64,000 bases of DNA from Chthonomonadales bacterium (GTDB lineage: Bacteria; Armatimonadota; Chthonomonadetes; Chthonomonadales; CAJBBX01). Where the stretch lies: positions 94 through 64,093 of the forward strand of contig JABWBA010000009.1 in the NCBI GenBank assembly GCA_013360745.1, given 5' to 3'. Below, piece by piece: positions 45,295-53,892 of this stretch. Under the pieces are notes generated by a model that searched no databases, had not been told where the DNA came from, and saw only the letters and a list, made by a program, of their open reading frames with translations. The stretch's first letter is position 1. Each line of letters starts with the position of its first letter. Both the position numbers and the translations under genes were made by a program.

Positions 45295-46461
45295 TCAGAA
45301 GTGATCGTTCATCCACATTAATGGGCCGCTCAGGAACTCCCGGAACGCGTGCAGCGCCTCCGGCCTCCGCACCGTGAGGCGGTCGTTCGCGACCAGGAGA
45401 TCGATCGACGGGGAGCCGTAATAGGCCTGGGAGAAGGTCTGGATATCCATCTCCAGGTCCGGTTCCTCGCCCCAGGCCCGGACGGCTGCAGAGCCGGCTC
45501 CGAACTCGACCCTGAGCGGGGCTTCGTTCCAGGGGGCGATCGCATCGCGGATCCGCAGGCTGAAGGATCCTTCGGCGCCTGCGGCAGGCGTCCACTGACC
45601 GAGCGCGGCCCCGACGTCGACAACCCGCCCCTGCGTCACGGGTGCAATCTTCGTCTCGAGGGCGTGATGGCACAGGTCCATCCATAGGCCGTCGTCCTCC
45701 GGCCCCGACCAGGCGAACCGTCGTGTCTGCATGTTCATACGCCGGAGCAGGCCGAGGAGGCCCTGACGAGCGGACGGGTGGAGGGCGATGAACTCATCGA
45801 TATCGATGCATTCGTCGCTCCCGCCGACGAACGTAACATACCCTTCGATGCCGCTCTCGCCGTCGTAGACGAACGTGTAGGCGTGTCGCTCAGCCGATCC
45901 ATCCAGCAGCTTCGACCAGAGCTTCGCGTCCCGATCGAGCATGCCCCGATACCTCCGGCTGTAGTTCGTGTATGCCTCGATCATGCCCGCACGATCCGAT
46001 TCGTCCGCATGGCGACAGCGGTCCGTATGCTCCGAGCGTTTCAGCGCCTGAGAAGCGACGCCGTACCGCCGCTCTATACCGATCCATTCCCAGCCCAGCT
46101 GCCTGTAGAACTCGTAGCTGAACGGAAACAGAGTCGAGATGCACTGTCCCGCCTCCTTCATGTGCTCGAGCGCCCGGATCATCAACATGCGGACGTAGCC
46201 CCGGCCTCGAGCTGCCGGCATGCAGGCAACGCCGGCTATCCCGCCCATCGGCAGGACCACCGACGGTCCCATGATCGATGCGAACGACAGGATCACCACC
46301 TGCGCCTGGTAGCCCCGCTCATCCCAGAGGCCGTAGATGACGTGTTCCGGCTCGTTCGGGTCCTCGGTCCAGGGCGCACGCCGTCGGCCATGGACGAACG
46401 CCATGGAGCCGAGGTAGTTGGCCAAATCCCGCTCATGCTTCTCGACGATGCGTATTTCCAA
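45295..46461 (-). CDS. Eis-family GNAT acetyltransferase with C-terminal SCP2-like domain
   Basis: MGGIAGVAC.P.ARGRG, STLFPFSYEFYRQLGW, RVVDV.AAL, DAIAPWN, C-terminal DHF. Confidence 0.9.
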   Translation of the reverse strand: MEIRIVEKHERDLANYLGSMAFVHGRRRAPWTEDPNEPEHVIYGLWDERGYQAQVVILSFASIMGPSVVLPMGGIAGVACMPAARGRGYVRMLMIRALEHMKEAGQCISTLFPFSYEFYRQLGWEWIGIERRYGVASQALKRSEHTDRCRHADESDRAGMIEAYTNYSRRYRGMLDRDAKLWSKLLDGSAERHAYTFVYDGESGIEGYVTFVGGSDECIDIDEFIALHPSARQGLLGLLRRMNMQTRRFAWSGPEDDGLWMDLCHHALETKIAPVTQGRVVDVGAALGQWTPAAGAEGSFSLRIRDAIAPWNEAPLRVEFGAGSAAVRAWGEEPDLEMDIQTFSQAYYGSPSIDLLVANDRLTVRRPEALHAFREFLSGPLMWMNDHF

Positions 46462-46582
46462 AGGAACCCCCTTCGGGCAGGTATCAAGCCCTGCCCGATC
46501 GAATACGAAATCCTAGCACAGGACTCCCCGAGGCGGGATCACCACCGGGGGGCGTATTGTCGGCAGCTACAGGAGGTAACGT

Positions 46583-48268
46583 ATGTTCGGAACCGTACGG
46601 GGCGCACGGTTGAAGAGCGCTCTCATCACACTGCTCGGCGCTGGCCTGCTCCTACTGTGGGGCGCGGGATGCGGAAGTCTGCGCCCCGTCACCGCGCACA
46701 TCCCCGTATCGGACGCGCGGCGCATGGCCGTGCTCGACGCTATTCAGGCGAAGTTCGCGTCACAGGCCGGTACGGATCTCGACGCTCAGAACCGTGAGCT
46801 CGCGGCGTTCATGCGGACCTTTCGCGAGATCGAAGACAGCGGGGTGTCCGACGACTCCTGCGTCTGGGGGCGCTTCACCGATGGACGATCGCTGATCGTC
46901 GTCAACCATCGATCCTCCACACTGCGCTCGGCGGCGCTTCCGCGGCCTTCGATCACCCGCGCCAGCGGCCTGCCCGCAGGAATCCGAGTTCAACTGCTGG
47001 ATACGATGGGATCCAACTACGCCCATCCAACGGAGGCAATCAAAGGACCCCTGAGGGACAGCGGCTTTACGGTCATCGGCGAAGGGGGCGGAGGCGCCTC
47101 CGTCGATAACCTCAAGTCCCCTGGCGAGACCGGCATCCTTTACATGGACGCCCACGGCGGCAAGGGCAAATCGCGAACCAAAGAGCGGTTCTACTCCATC
47201 TGGACCGACACGCACGTCACCGAAGCGAACGAGGCGGCGTACAAAGAGGATCTCGATGCGCACCGGCTCGTCTACATGACAGCAAACGCCAGCGGGAGCA
47301 CAGTGGAAACGCGCTATGCGTTCACCGCCGACTTCGTCCGTCAGTACATGCACCTGAGTCCCAATACGCTCGTATTCATCAACGCTTGCAGCAGCTACGA
47401 CGACACCATGCGACAGGCCTTTCTCGCGGCGGGCGCCGGGATCTACTTCGGATGGACACAGCCAGTCGACGACAGATCCGCCTACGGAGCCGCGATCTTC
47501 CTGTTCGATCGCCTGCTCGGCATCAACGCCGTAGAGCCGACGGATAACCCGACCCGGCCGCCCATGACCATGGCGGAAGTCGTCGACGCGATGGCCGGAA
47601 CGACCTACGCGGTCACCCACTTGCCGTTCGACCACTCCGAGGGAGTGTGGGGCCCCAAATCCGACGCGTTCTTGAAGGGGGACACCGGCTCGGGAGATCT
47701 GACCGTTATCACGCCCAGCATTCGCTCCATTCAAGTCGACAAAGAGGAGATGACGGCGACGCTCAAGGGTCATTTCGGCTCCAGGCGGGGGACCGTCGAT
47801 GCCAACGGAACGAGGAAAGCGCCGGGAGACGAGTTGACCGTGACGAGTTGGACTTCGACTGAGATCACCGTCGAGATCGAGTCGGATACGACATCCGTCA
47901 TCGTCCGCTCCGACGGCCGGTCCAGCAATCGGAGGCTGCTGCCCAGCGAGAACTATGTCCTGAGCGGAGCGGATGGCGGAGGGTTCGGCGTCGACGATAA
48001 CCTGCGCGTTTGGTGGAACAGCGATCTGATCTTCGAGGATCCCCGAGGCGCCTATGCCGGTTACAGGGGGCCATTTCGTATCCCGGGCAAGAAGGGGGAC
48101 ACGATCCGCATCGAAGTGCAGGACTGGTACGGGTACTACGCCGGCTACTCATCGATCTATCTGACGACCCCGGCGGGCGACGTCCTCCTGCTCGAACCCG
48201 GGATCAACAAGGCGACCCCACCCGGCAACCATAATATCGTTCTGAACAAGACGTATGTTCTCCCCTGA
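46583..48268 (+). CDS. Lipoprotein with caspase/gingipain-fold-like motifs and an IPT/TIG-like domain
   Basis: AGGAGG RBS; lipobox GAG-C; GILYMDAHGG and LVFINACSS; LKGHFG..VTSWTSTEITV (IPT/TIG-like). Confidence 0.55.
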   Translation: MFGTVRGARLKSALITLLGAGLLLLWGAGCGSLRPVTAHIPVSDARRMAVLDAIQAKFASQAGTDLDAQNRELAAFMRTFREIEDSGVSDDSCVWGRFTDGRSLIVVNHRSSTLRSAALPRPSITRASGLPAGIRVQLLDTMGSNYAHPTEAIKGPLRDSGFTVIGEGGGGASVDNLKSPGETGILYMDAHGGKGKSRTKERFYSIWTDTHVTEANEAAYKEDLDAHRLVYMTANASGSTVETRYAFTADFVRQYMHLSPNTLVFINACSSYDDTMRQAFLAAGAGIYFGWTQPVDDRSAYGAAIFLFDRLLGINAVEPTDNPTRPPMTMAEVVDAMAGTTYAVTHLPFDHSEGVWGPKSDAFLKGDTGSGDLTVITPSIRSIQVDKEEMTATLKGHFGSRRGTVDANGTRKAPGDELTVTSWTSTEITVEIESDTTSVIVRSDGRSSNRRLLPSENYVLSGADGGGFGVDDNLRVWWNSDLIFEDPRGAYAGYRGPFRIPGKKGDTIRIEVQDWYGYYAGYSSIYLTTPAGDVLLLEPGINKATPPGNHNIVLNKTYVLP

Positions 48269-48378
48269 GGCCGAGGGTCCATGAGGAAGGGCGCGGCCTG
48301 GGATTCGAGGCGATCGATTTCGAGCGGGACGAGCAGAGGGGATCGGGCCGCGGTCGAGAACGGGGAAGGGAGCATGAA

Positions 48379-49464
48379 GTGACGGAACGGGAACGGTTCC
48401 ATGCGTGCCTCCGCTATGAGGCGGTGGACGTCGTGCCGCACTGGACGTGGGGCGGATGGCCCGAAACCATCGAGCGCTGGATGGGCGAGGGGTACCGGCC
48501 GGAGGTCGACGACGTGCGGCAGGGGGCGTCGCCGGTGCACTGGATCGGGCACTGGTTCTTCCCCCATCCCCCGTTCGAGCATCAGGTGCTGGAGGAGGAC
48601 GAGAAGCATGTCCTGTACGTGAACCATGAGGGGATCCTCATGCGGGAGCGAAAGGATAACCCGCACAGCTCCATGCCCCAGTTCGTCAAGTTTCCGGTGA
48701 CCAATCGGGAGGAGTTTCGGGCGTTCTGGGCGGAGCGGATGCGCCCGGACCCGGCGCAGCGGATCGGGCCCGAATGGCAGGCCACGCTTCGGCATTTACG
48801 GGAGTCCGAGATCCCGATCGTGATCATCTCCGATCGCTGGGGAGGGTTCTTCGGTCCGATCCGCAATCTCGTCGGCGTCGAAGCCCTCTGCATGCTCTTC
48901 TACGACGATCCGGCGTTCATCGAGGAGATGATGGACGCCGACGCGGACTTTATCATCGGGATGATGGATCGGATCCTCGGAGAAGGGCCGATCGACGCGT
49001 TCGCCTTCTGGGAGGACATGGCCTTCAAGACCGGGCCGCTCCTGACGCCCGGTCTGGCCCGCAAGTTCATGCTTCCGCGGTACCGGCGTGTCGTCGATTT
49101 CCTCCGATCGCGCGGGGTCGAGTGGATCGGGGTGGACAGCGATGGCCAGATCGGCTCCCTGATACCAACATGGATCGACGCTGGTCTGAACTTTGTGTAC
49201 CCGTTCGAGGTTCAGGCTGGGATGGATGTGCTCGCCGTACGTAAGCAATATGGCAGGGACCTGCGCTTGATCGGCGGAGTCGATAAGCGCTCCCTCACCG
49301 GTGGGCCGCCGGCGATCGAGACGGAGCTAGCCCGAGTCCGCCCTCTGATCGATGATGGGGGATACATACCGATGCTCGATCACTCGTGTCCGCCCGACAT
49401 ATCCTGGGACAACTACCGCTACTACATGCGGCGGCTTCGACAGGTGTGCGGCGCGGATGCATGA
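48379..49464 (+). CDS. Uroporphyrinogen decarboxylase family protein (second paralog)
   Basis: TERERF, GFFGPIRNLVG.E, FWEDMAFKTGPL, VDSDG, PFEVQAGMD, IGGVDKR, GGYIPMLDH.CPPD. Confidence 0.85.
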   Translation: MTERERFHACLRYEAVDVVPHWTWGGWPETIERWMGEGYRPEVDDVRQGASPVHWIGHWFFPHPPFEHQVLEEDEKHVLYVNHEGILMRERKDNPHSSMPQFVKFPVTNREEFRAFWAERMRPDPAQRIGPEWQATLRHLRESEIPIVIISDRWGGFFGPIRNLVGVEALCMLFYDDPAFIEEMMDADADFIIGMMDRILGEGPIDAFAFWEDMAFKTGPLLTPGLARKFMLPRYRRVVDFLRSRGVEWIGVDSDGQIGSLIPTWIDAGLNFVYPFEVQAGMDVLAVRKQYGRDLRLIGGVDKRSLTGGPPAIETELARVRPLIDDGGYIPMLDHSCPPDISWDNYRYYMRRLRQVCGADA

Positions 49465-49480
49465 ACAAAGGAGTCGACCT

Positions 49481-50269
49481 ATGAAACGACCATGGCTCGC
49501 AGCGGCGGCCTTGCTGCTGGGATCGGTCGCCTATGCACAGCCGGGCGCCGGACGCCCGGGCCGCCCCGGCGGCGGCGGCTTTGGAGGTCCCGGCGGCGGG
49601 ATGCGCATGCCCGGCATGCGGATGATGAACAGAGACGTTACCCTATCCCAGGTGCCTCTGCCGACGCTGAAGGCGGCGTTGAAACTCAACGCAGCTCAGG
49701 AGAAAAAGATCGACGGGATCCGAACCCGGGCTCGAGAGGGGATGCGATCCCTCTTCCAGATGCCGCGTCCGGGTGCGCGACCGGACCCGAAGGCGATGGA
49801 AGCGACGATGAAGAAGATGGAGGCCGCCGGCAAGAAGTCGGACGCCGATATCAAAGCCGTCCTGACCCCCGCTCAGCGCAAACAGGTGCCGGGTCTGCTG
49901 AAGGAAGCCGAAGCGCTCCGCGGTTCGGGCCTGCCGATCGGCGTTGCCGGCGGGCTCAAACTCACTGCGGAACAGGTCGGCAAGCTCAGCGCCATCGGGA
50001 AGAAAAGGAGCGACGCCTCGGCCAAGCTGTTCCAGGGCAACGGCGACCCGCGAGCGGCTTTCGAAAAGATGGGCAAGCTGCGCGATGCCGCTCGGAAGCA
50101 GGCGATGGGCGTGCTGAACGCCAAGCAGAAGGCGGCGGTGGAGAAATGGGAGAAGGACAACCCGCGCGGCGGCTTCGGCATGGGCGGCCCGGGCGGTCGC
50201 ATGGGCGCACCCGGCGGCATGGGCGCTCCCGGTCCGATGGCTCGTCCCGGTGGCGGACGGGGTCGCTAA
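49481..50269 (+). CDS. Periplasmic Spy/CpxP-like protein with Gly/Met-rich termini
   Basis: AAGGAG RBS; signal peptide ..AYA-Q; LKLNAAQ, VLTPAQRK, LKLTAEQ, VLNAKQK (LTXXQ-like repeats). Confidence 0.7.
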   Translation: MKRPWLAAAALLLGSVAYAQPGAGRPGRPGGGGFGGPGGGMRMPGMRMMNRDVTLSQVPLPTLKAALKLNAAQEKKIDGIRTRAREGMRSLFQMPRPGARPDPKAMEATMKKMEAAGKKSDADIKAVLTPAQRKQVPGLLKEAEALRGSGLPIGVAGGLKLTAEQVGKLSAIGKKRSDASAKLFQGNGDPRAAFEKMGKLRDAARKQAMGVLNAKQKAAVEKWEKDNPRGGFGMGGPGGRMGAPGGMGAPGPMARPGGGRGR

Positions 50270-50303
50270 AGCGCTTCGTCGCACCGTCATCCGATCAAGA
50301 AGC

Positions 50304-51995
50304 GTGATTGCGGGCGCCCTCGGGATCATCTTCCTTGGGGCGCTCGCGATCCCGTCTGAGGCGCGTCCGCCGCTCCGACCGAACGGCGGCGAGAGGCCGA
50401 TGATCGTGGATGCGCGAGCGTTCGGTGTCGTGGGGGACGGAGTCGCGGACGACGGCCCCTCCATCGCGCGCATGGTCGCCGCCGCGCAAAGGGCGACGCC
50501 GGTTACGCTCCGATTTCCGGGCCGTCGGACGTACCGGGTCGCTTCGGCTCCGAATCGGTACATCTTCGACCTGCACGGCTCGAACGACCTCACCCTCGAC
50601 GGGGGAGGATCGACCTTTGAGATCGCGCCGAACCTCCGGCTGATCCGTCTGACCGACTGCTCCCGCGTGACGGTACGGCGGCTGAAGGTGGACTTCCGGC
50701 CGCTCCCGTTCGTCGATGGCATCGTCGAGCGGGTTGATGGGCAGGCCGGGAGGATTATGGTCCGTGTTCCGCGCGAGGAGTGGAGTCGTCCGATCGGAGG
50801 CCCGACCCATGAGGACGGCGAGCAGGCCTACTTCGGGATGCTCTGGGGGGACGGCGCCTACGGCTCGATCTCGCGGCACTGCTGGATCGATCAGATCGAG
50901 GCGGGCTCGGAACCGGGCGAGGTGGTGGTCCGGCCAACGCCGGAGTTCCGCGAATATCCCGGTCTCATTCCAGGGCGATGGAAGATCAGCCTGCCCGTCC
51001 CGGGAATCGCCCATCGCTATGGTCCTGGGGCGTGCGTGGTGGTTCGGGATTGCCGCGATGTCCGTATGCGCGACCTCGAGGTATGGTCGGCGCCCTGGAT
51101 GGCGTTCGAGGTGATCACCAACGATGGGGCCCTGGTGTTCGATCGCGTCCACGTTCGGCCCAAACCCGGGACCGGGCGGCTCATGTCCTCGTGGCGAGAC
51201 GGGTTCCATGTCAAGGGCAATCGGGCATCGCTTACGTGGGAGGGCTGTATCCTGGAGGGGATGAACGATGACGCGTTCAACATCTCAACCCATGCGAGCC
51301 GCGTGAGCGAGGTCCTGCCCGACGGGAGCGTCGCCGTAGACCAGCGCTATCCGCTCGGCTATGTGCGCTGGCGGCCCGGGGATCTCCTCGTCGCCGTCGA
51401 TCCCGACTCCCGCAAGCTCCGCGGCTCCTCCCGGGTATCGGTGGTCGAGGAGGGGAACGCGCCTGCGCCGATCCAGGGCGAGCCCGCGGCGCCCGGGGTC
51501 ACCGTGCGACTGGCCGTGCCGATCACCGGCATGCGCGCGGGAGATATCGTCTGGAGCGCTGAAGCGGCGAATCCGCACACGGCGCTGCGCCGTTGTCGCA
51601 TCCGTCAGAGCTGCCGGCTTCAATCGCCCGTCACGCTGGAGGAATGCGACGTGATCGGCCTGCTGTGGTTCTACGCCGATCCGCTCGAAGGGCCATATCC
51701 CGGGCCGGTGACCGTACGGCGCTGCACACTGCGACGGGGCAGAGGCAATCATGAGAACGTCGTGGTCTGCTCCGGTGGCAGCACGACCGGCGCTCCGGAC
51801 GGGACCGCGCCGCCGCGAGCCTTGCATGACTTCCGCTTCACGGAGAACCGGATCTACGGCGGCTTCATCGTCGAAGGCGTGGAGAGGGTAACCCTGCGAG
51901 GGAACCGTTTCCTCGAGGCCGGGGCTTCAGTCACTCTCCACGACAACGTCGATCTCATCGACAGGGATCAGCGCCCTTCGTCCGCCCGTCGGTAG
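50304..51995 (+). CDS. Secreted right-handed parallel beta-helix glycan-active protein (GH110-like)
   Basis: VDARAFGVVGDGVADDG, RLMSSWRDGFHV, EGMNDDAFNI; signal-like N-terminus; start uncertain (50250 or 50304). Confidence 0.7.
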   Translation: MIAGALGIIFLGALAIPSEARPPLRPNGGERPMIVDARAFGVVGDGVADDGPSIARMVAAAQRATPVTLRFPGRRTYRVASAPNRYIFDLHGSNDLTLDGGGSTFEIAPNLRLIRLTDCSRVTVRRLKVDFRPLPFVDGIVERVDGQAGRIMVRVPREEWSRPIGGPTHEDGEQAYFGMLWGDGAYGSISRHCWIDQIEAGSEPGEVVVRPTPEFREYPGLIPGRWKISLPVPGIAHRYGPGACVVVRDCRDVRMRDLEVWSAPWMAFEVITNDGALVFDRVHVRPKPGTGRLMSSWRDGFHVKGNRASLTWEGCILEGMNDDAFNISTHASRVSEVLPDGSVAVDQRYPLGYVRWRPGDLLVAVDPDSRKLRGSSRVSVVEEGNAPAPIQGEPAAPGVTVRLAVPITGMRAGDIVWSAEAANPHTALRRCRIRQSCRLQSPVTLEECDVIGLLWFYADPLEGPYPGPVTVRRCTLRRGRGNHENVVVCSGGSTTGAPDGTAPPRALHDFRFTENRIYGGFIVEGVERVTLRGNRFLEAGASVTLHDNVDLIDRDQRPSSARR

Positions 51996-52025
51996 CCCTG
52001 TCGGTTCCGAAGTCGCGAACAGGGC

Positions 52026-52056
52026 TTGACATCGCATCGCTCCCCGAGGGTATAGT
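52026..52056 (+). promoter_or_regulatory. Probable sigma70 promoter of glnA
   Basis: TTGACA (52026-52031) and TATAGT (52051-52056); the 19-bp spacer is suboptimal. Confidence 0.55.
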
Positions 52057-52142
52057 GTCCTGTGGCATGCTCAGGGACTGGTTCTTTGGGCTCCACGATG
52101 CGACAACAGCGCGGCCACAAGGATGTGGCGGCTTGATCGAAG

Positions 52143-52185
52143 AACGCTCCCGGTGAGCCCTTACAGGGCTGCAGGAGCGTTTTTT
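52143..52185 (+). terminator. Intrinsic terminator within the glnA 5' leader
   Basis: AACGCTCC pairs with GGAGCGTT, inner AGCCCT/AGGGCT stem, T6 tract at 52180-52185. Confidence 0.75.
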
Positions 52186-52308
52186 GCTGGTCCGGAAGGG
52201 AGCCGCTGAGCCGATACCACACCGCTCCTGTGCGCCTTCCCTCCGAAGCGACGAGCGTCGATACGACTCGACTCACTACTGCACCGAGCGCAAAGGAGAT
52301 CCTTTACG

Positions 52309-53724
52309 ATGACGTCCAAAGAAGTCCTTGATCTGACGATCCAGAACGAGGTCCGCATCGTCGATGTGCGATTCGTCGACCTGCCGGGCACCTGGCAGCA
52401 CTTCTCCATGCCAACTTCAGCTTTCACCGAAGAGACCTTCGAGGACGGTATCGGCTTCGACGGCTCGTCGATCCGGGGGTTTCAGAAGATCAACGAGTCG
52501 GATATGCTGTTGATACCCGACCCGGATACGGCCTTCATGGACCCGTTCACCGAAGAGACGCAGATGAACATCATCTGCAACATCGAGGACCCGATCACCC
52601 GAGAGCGTTACACGCGGGACCCTCGCTGGGTCGCAAAAAAGGCGGAGGCCTATCTGCAGTCGTCGGGAATCGCCGATACTGCCTACTTCGGGCCTGAGGC
52701 CGAGTTCTACATCTTCGGGGATATCCGCTACGATTCGACACCCCATTCCGGCTACTACTTTATCGACAGCGACGAAGGGATCTGGAACTCGGGCCGAGAC
52801 GAACGCCCGAACCTCGGCTACAAGGTGCGGTACAAAGGGGGATACTTCCCCGTGCCTCCGACGGATACCCTGCACGACCTCCGGACGGAGATGATGCTGA
52901 CGCTCATCGAGGCCGGTATCGAAAGCGAGGTTCATCATCACGAAGTAGGGACGGCCGGTCAGAGCGAGATCGATGTCAAGTTCGGGCCGCTCGTGCGGAC
53001 GGCTGACAACCTGATGAAGTTCAAGTACATCATCAAGAACGTCGCCCGGCAGAACGGCTATACGGTGACGTTCATGCCCAAGCCCCTCTATCAGGACAAC
53101 GGATCGGGCATGCACTGTCATCAATCACTCTGGAAGGACGGCGCCAACCTGTTCTTCGACGAGCGGGCCTATGCCGGATTATCGGAAACGGCGATCTACT
53201 ACATCGGCGGGCTCCTGAAGCACGCGCCGGCGATCCTCGCCTTCGCGGCCCCTTCGACGAACTCCTACCGACGGCTCGTCCCTGGCTATGAGGCCCCCAT
53301 CAACCTGATCTATTCGCAGCGCAACCGATCTGCGTGCATCCGGATCCCCATGTACTCCCGGTCGCCGCGCGCGAAGCGGATCGAGTTCCGTGCGCCCGAT
53401 CCAATGGCGAACCCGTATCTCGCCTTCTCGGCGATGCTCATGGCGGGGCTGGACGGCATCGATAACCGGATCCTGCCGCCGGATCCGATCGATAAGGACC
53501 TGTACGAGATGGAGCCCGAGGAGCGCCACGGCATCAAGATGACTCCGGCGTCCCTGGGCGAGGCGCTGGATGCGCTGGAGGCGGACCACGACTTCCTGCT
53601 CAAGGGAGATGTCTTCACGCCGGACCTGATCGCCGAGTACATCGGCTACAAGCGTACGCACGAAGTCGATGCCGTTGCTCTGCGCCCCCATCCTCACGAG
53701 TTTCATCTCTACTACGACGCCTGA
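52309..53724 (+). CDS. glnA: Glutamine synthetase type I
   Basis: [75 protein letters not shown]; AAGGAG RBS. Confidence 0.98.
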   Translation: MTSKEVLDLTIQNEVRIVDVRFVDLPGTWQHFSMPTSAFTEETFEDGIGFDGSSIRGFQKINESDMLLIPDPDTAFMDPFTEETQMNIICNIEDPITRERYTRDPRWVAKKAEAYLQSSGIADTAYFGPEAEFYIFGDIRYDSTPHSGYYFIDSDEGIWNSGRDERPNLGYKVRYKGGYFPVPPTDTLHDLRTEMMLTLIEAGIESEVHHHEVGTAGQSEIDVKFGPLVRTADNLMKFKYIIKNVARQNGYTVTFMPKPLYQDNGSGMHCHQSLWKDGANLFFDERAYAGLSETAIYYIGGLLKHAPAILAFAAPSTNSYRRLVPGYEAPINLIYSQRNRSACIRIPMYSRSPRAKRIEFRAPDPMANPYLAFSAMLMAGLDGIDNRILPPDPIDKDLYEMEPEERHGIKMTPASLGEALDALEADHDFLLKGDVFTPDLIAEYIGYKRTHEVDAVALRPHPHEFHLYYDA

Positions 53725-53892
53725 TCCAGCCGTCGGGCTGTTCGAAGGCGCTTCACGGCACGGTCTGGAGCGCCTTCGGAGCCCTGCCACGTCGAGCCTC
53801 CTCCTCGATCCGTCCTCTGGAGGATTCTGCACGGCCTGAGACGAACCCTATGTCTGATCGCAACGCCGTCGCGTGGGCCGAACCAGACCGGC

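Noticed and set aside
52060-52300. Cyanobacterial-type glutamine (glnA) riboswitch
   Set aside because: No recognisable consensus; the leader is better explained by the hairpin and terminator.
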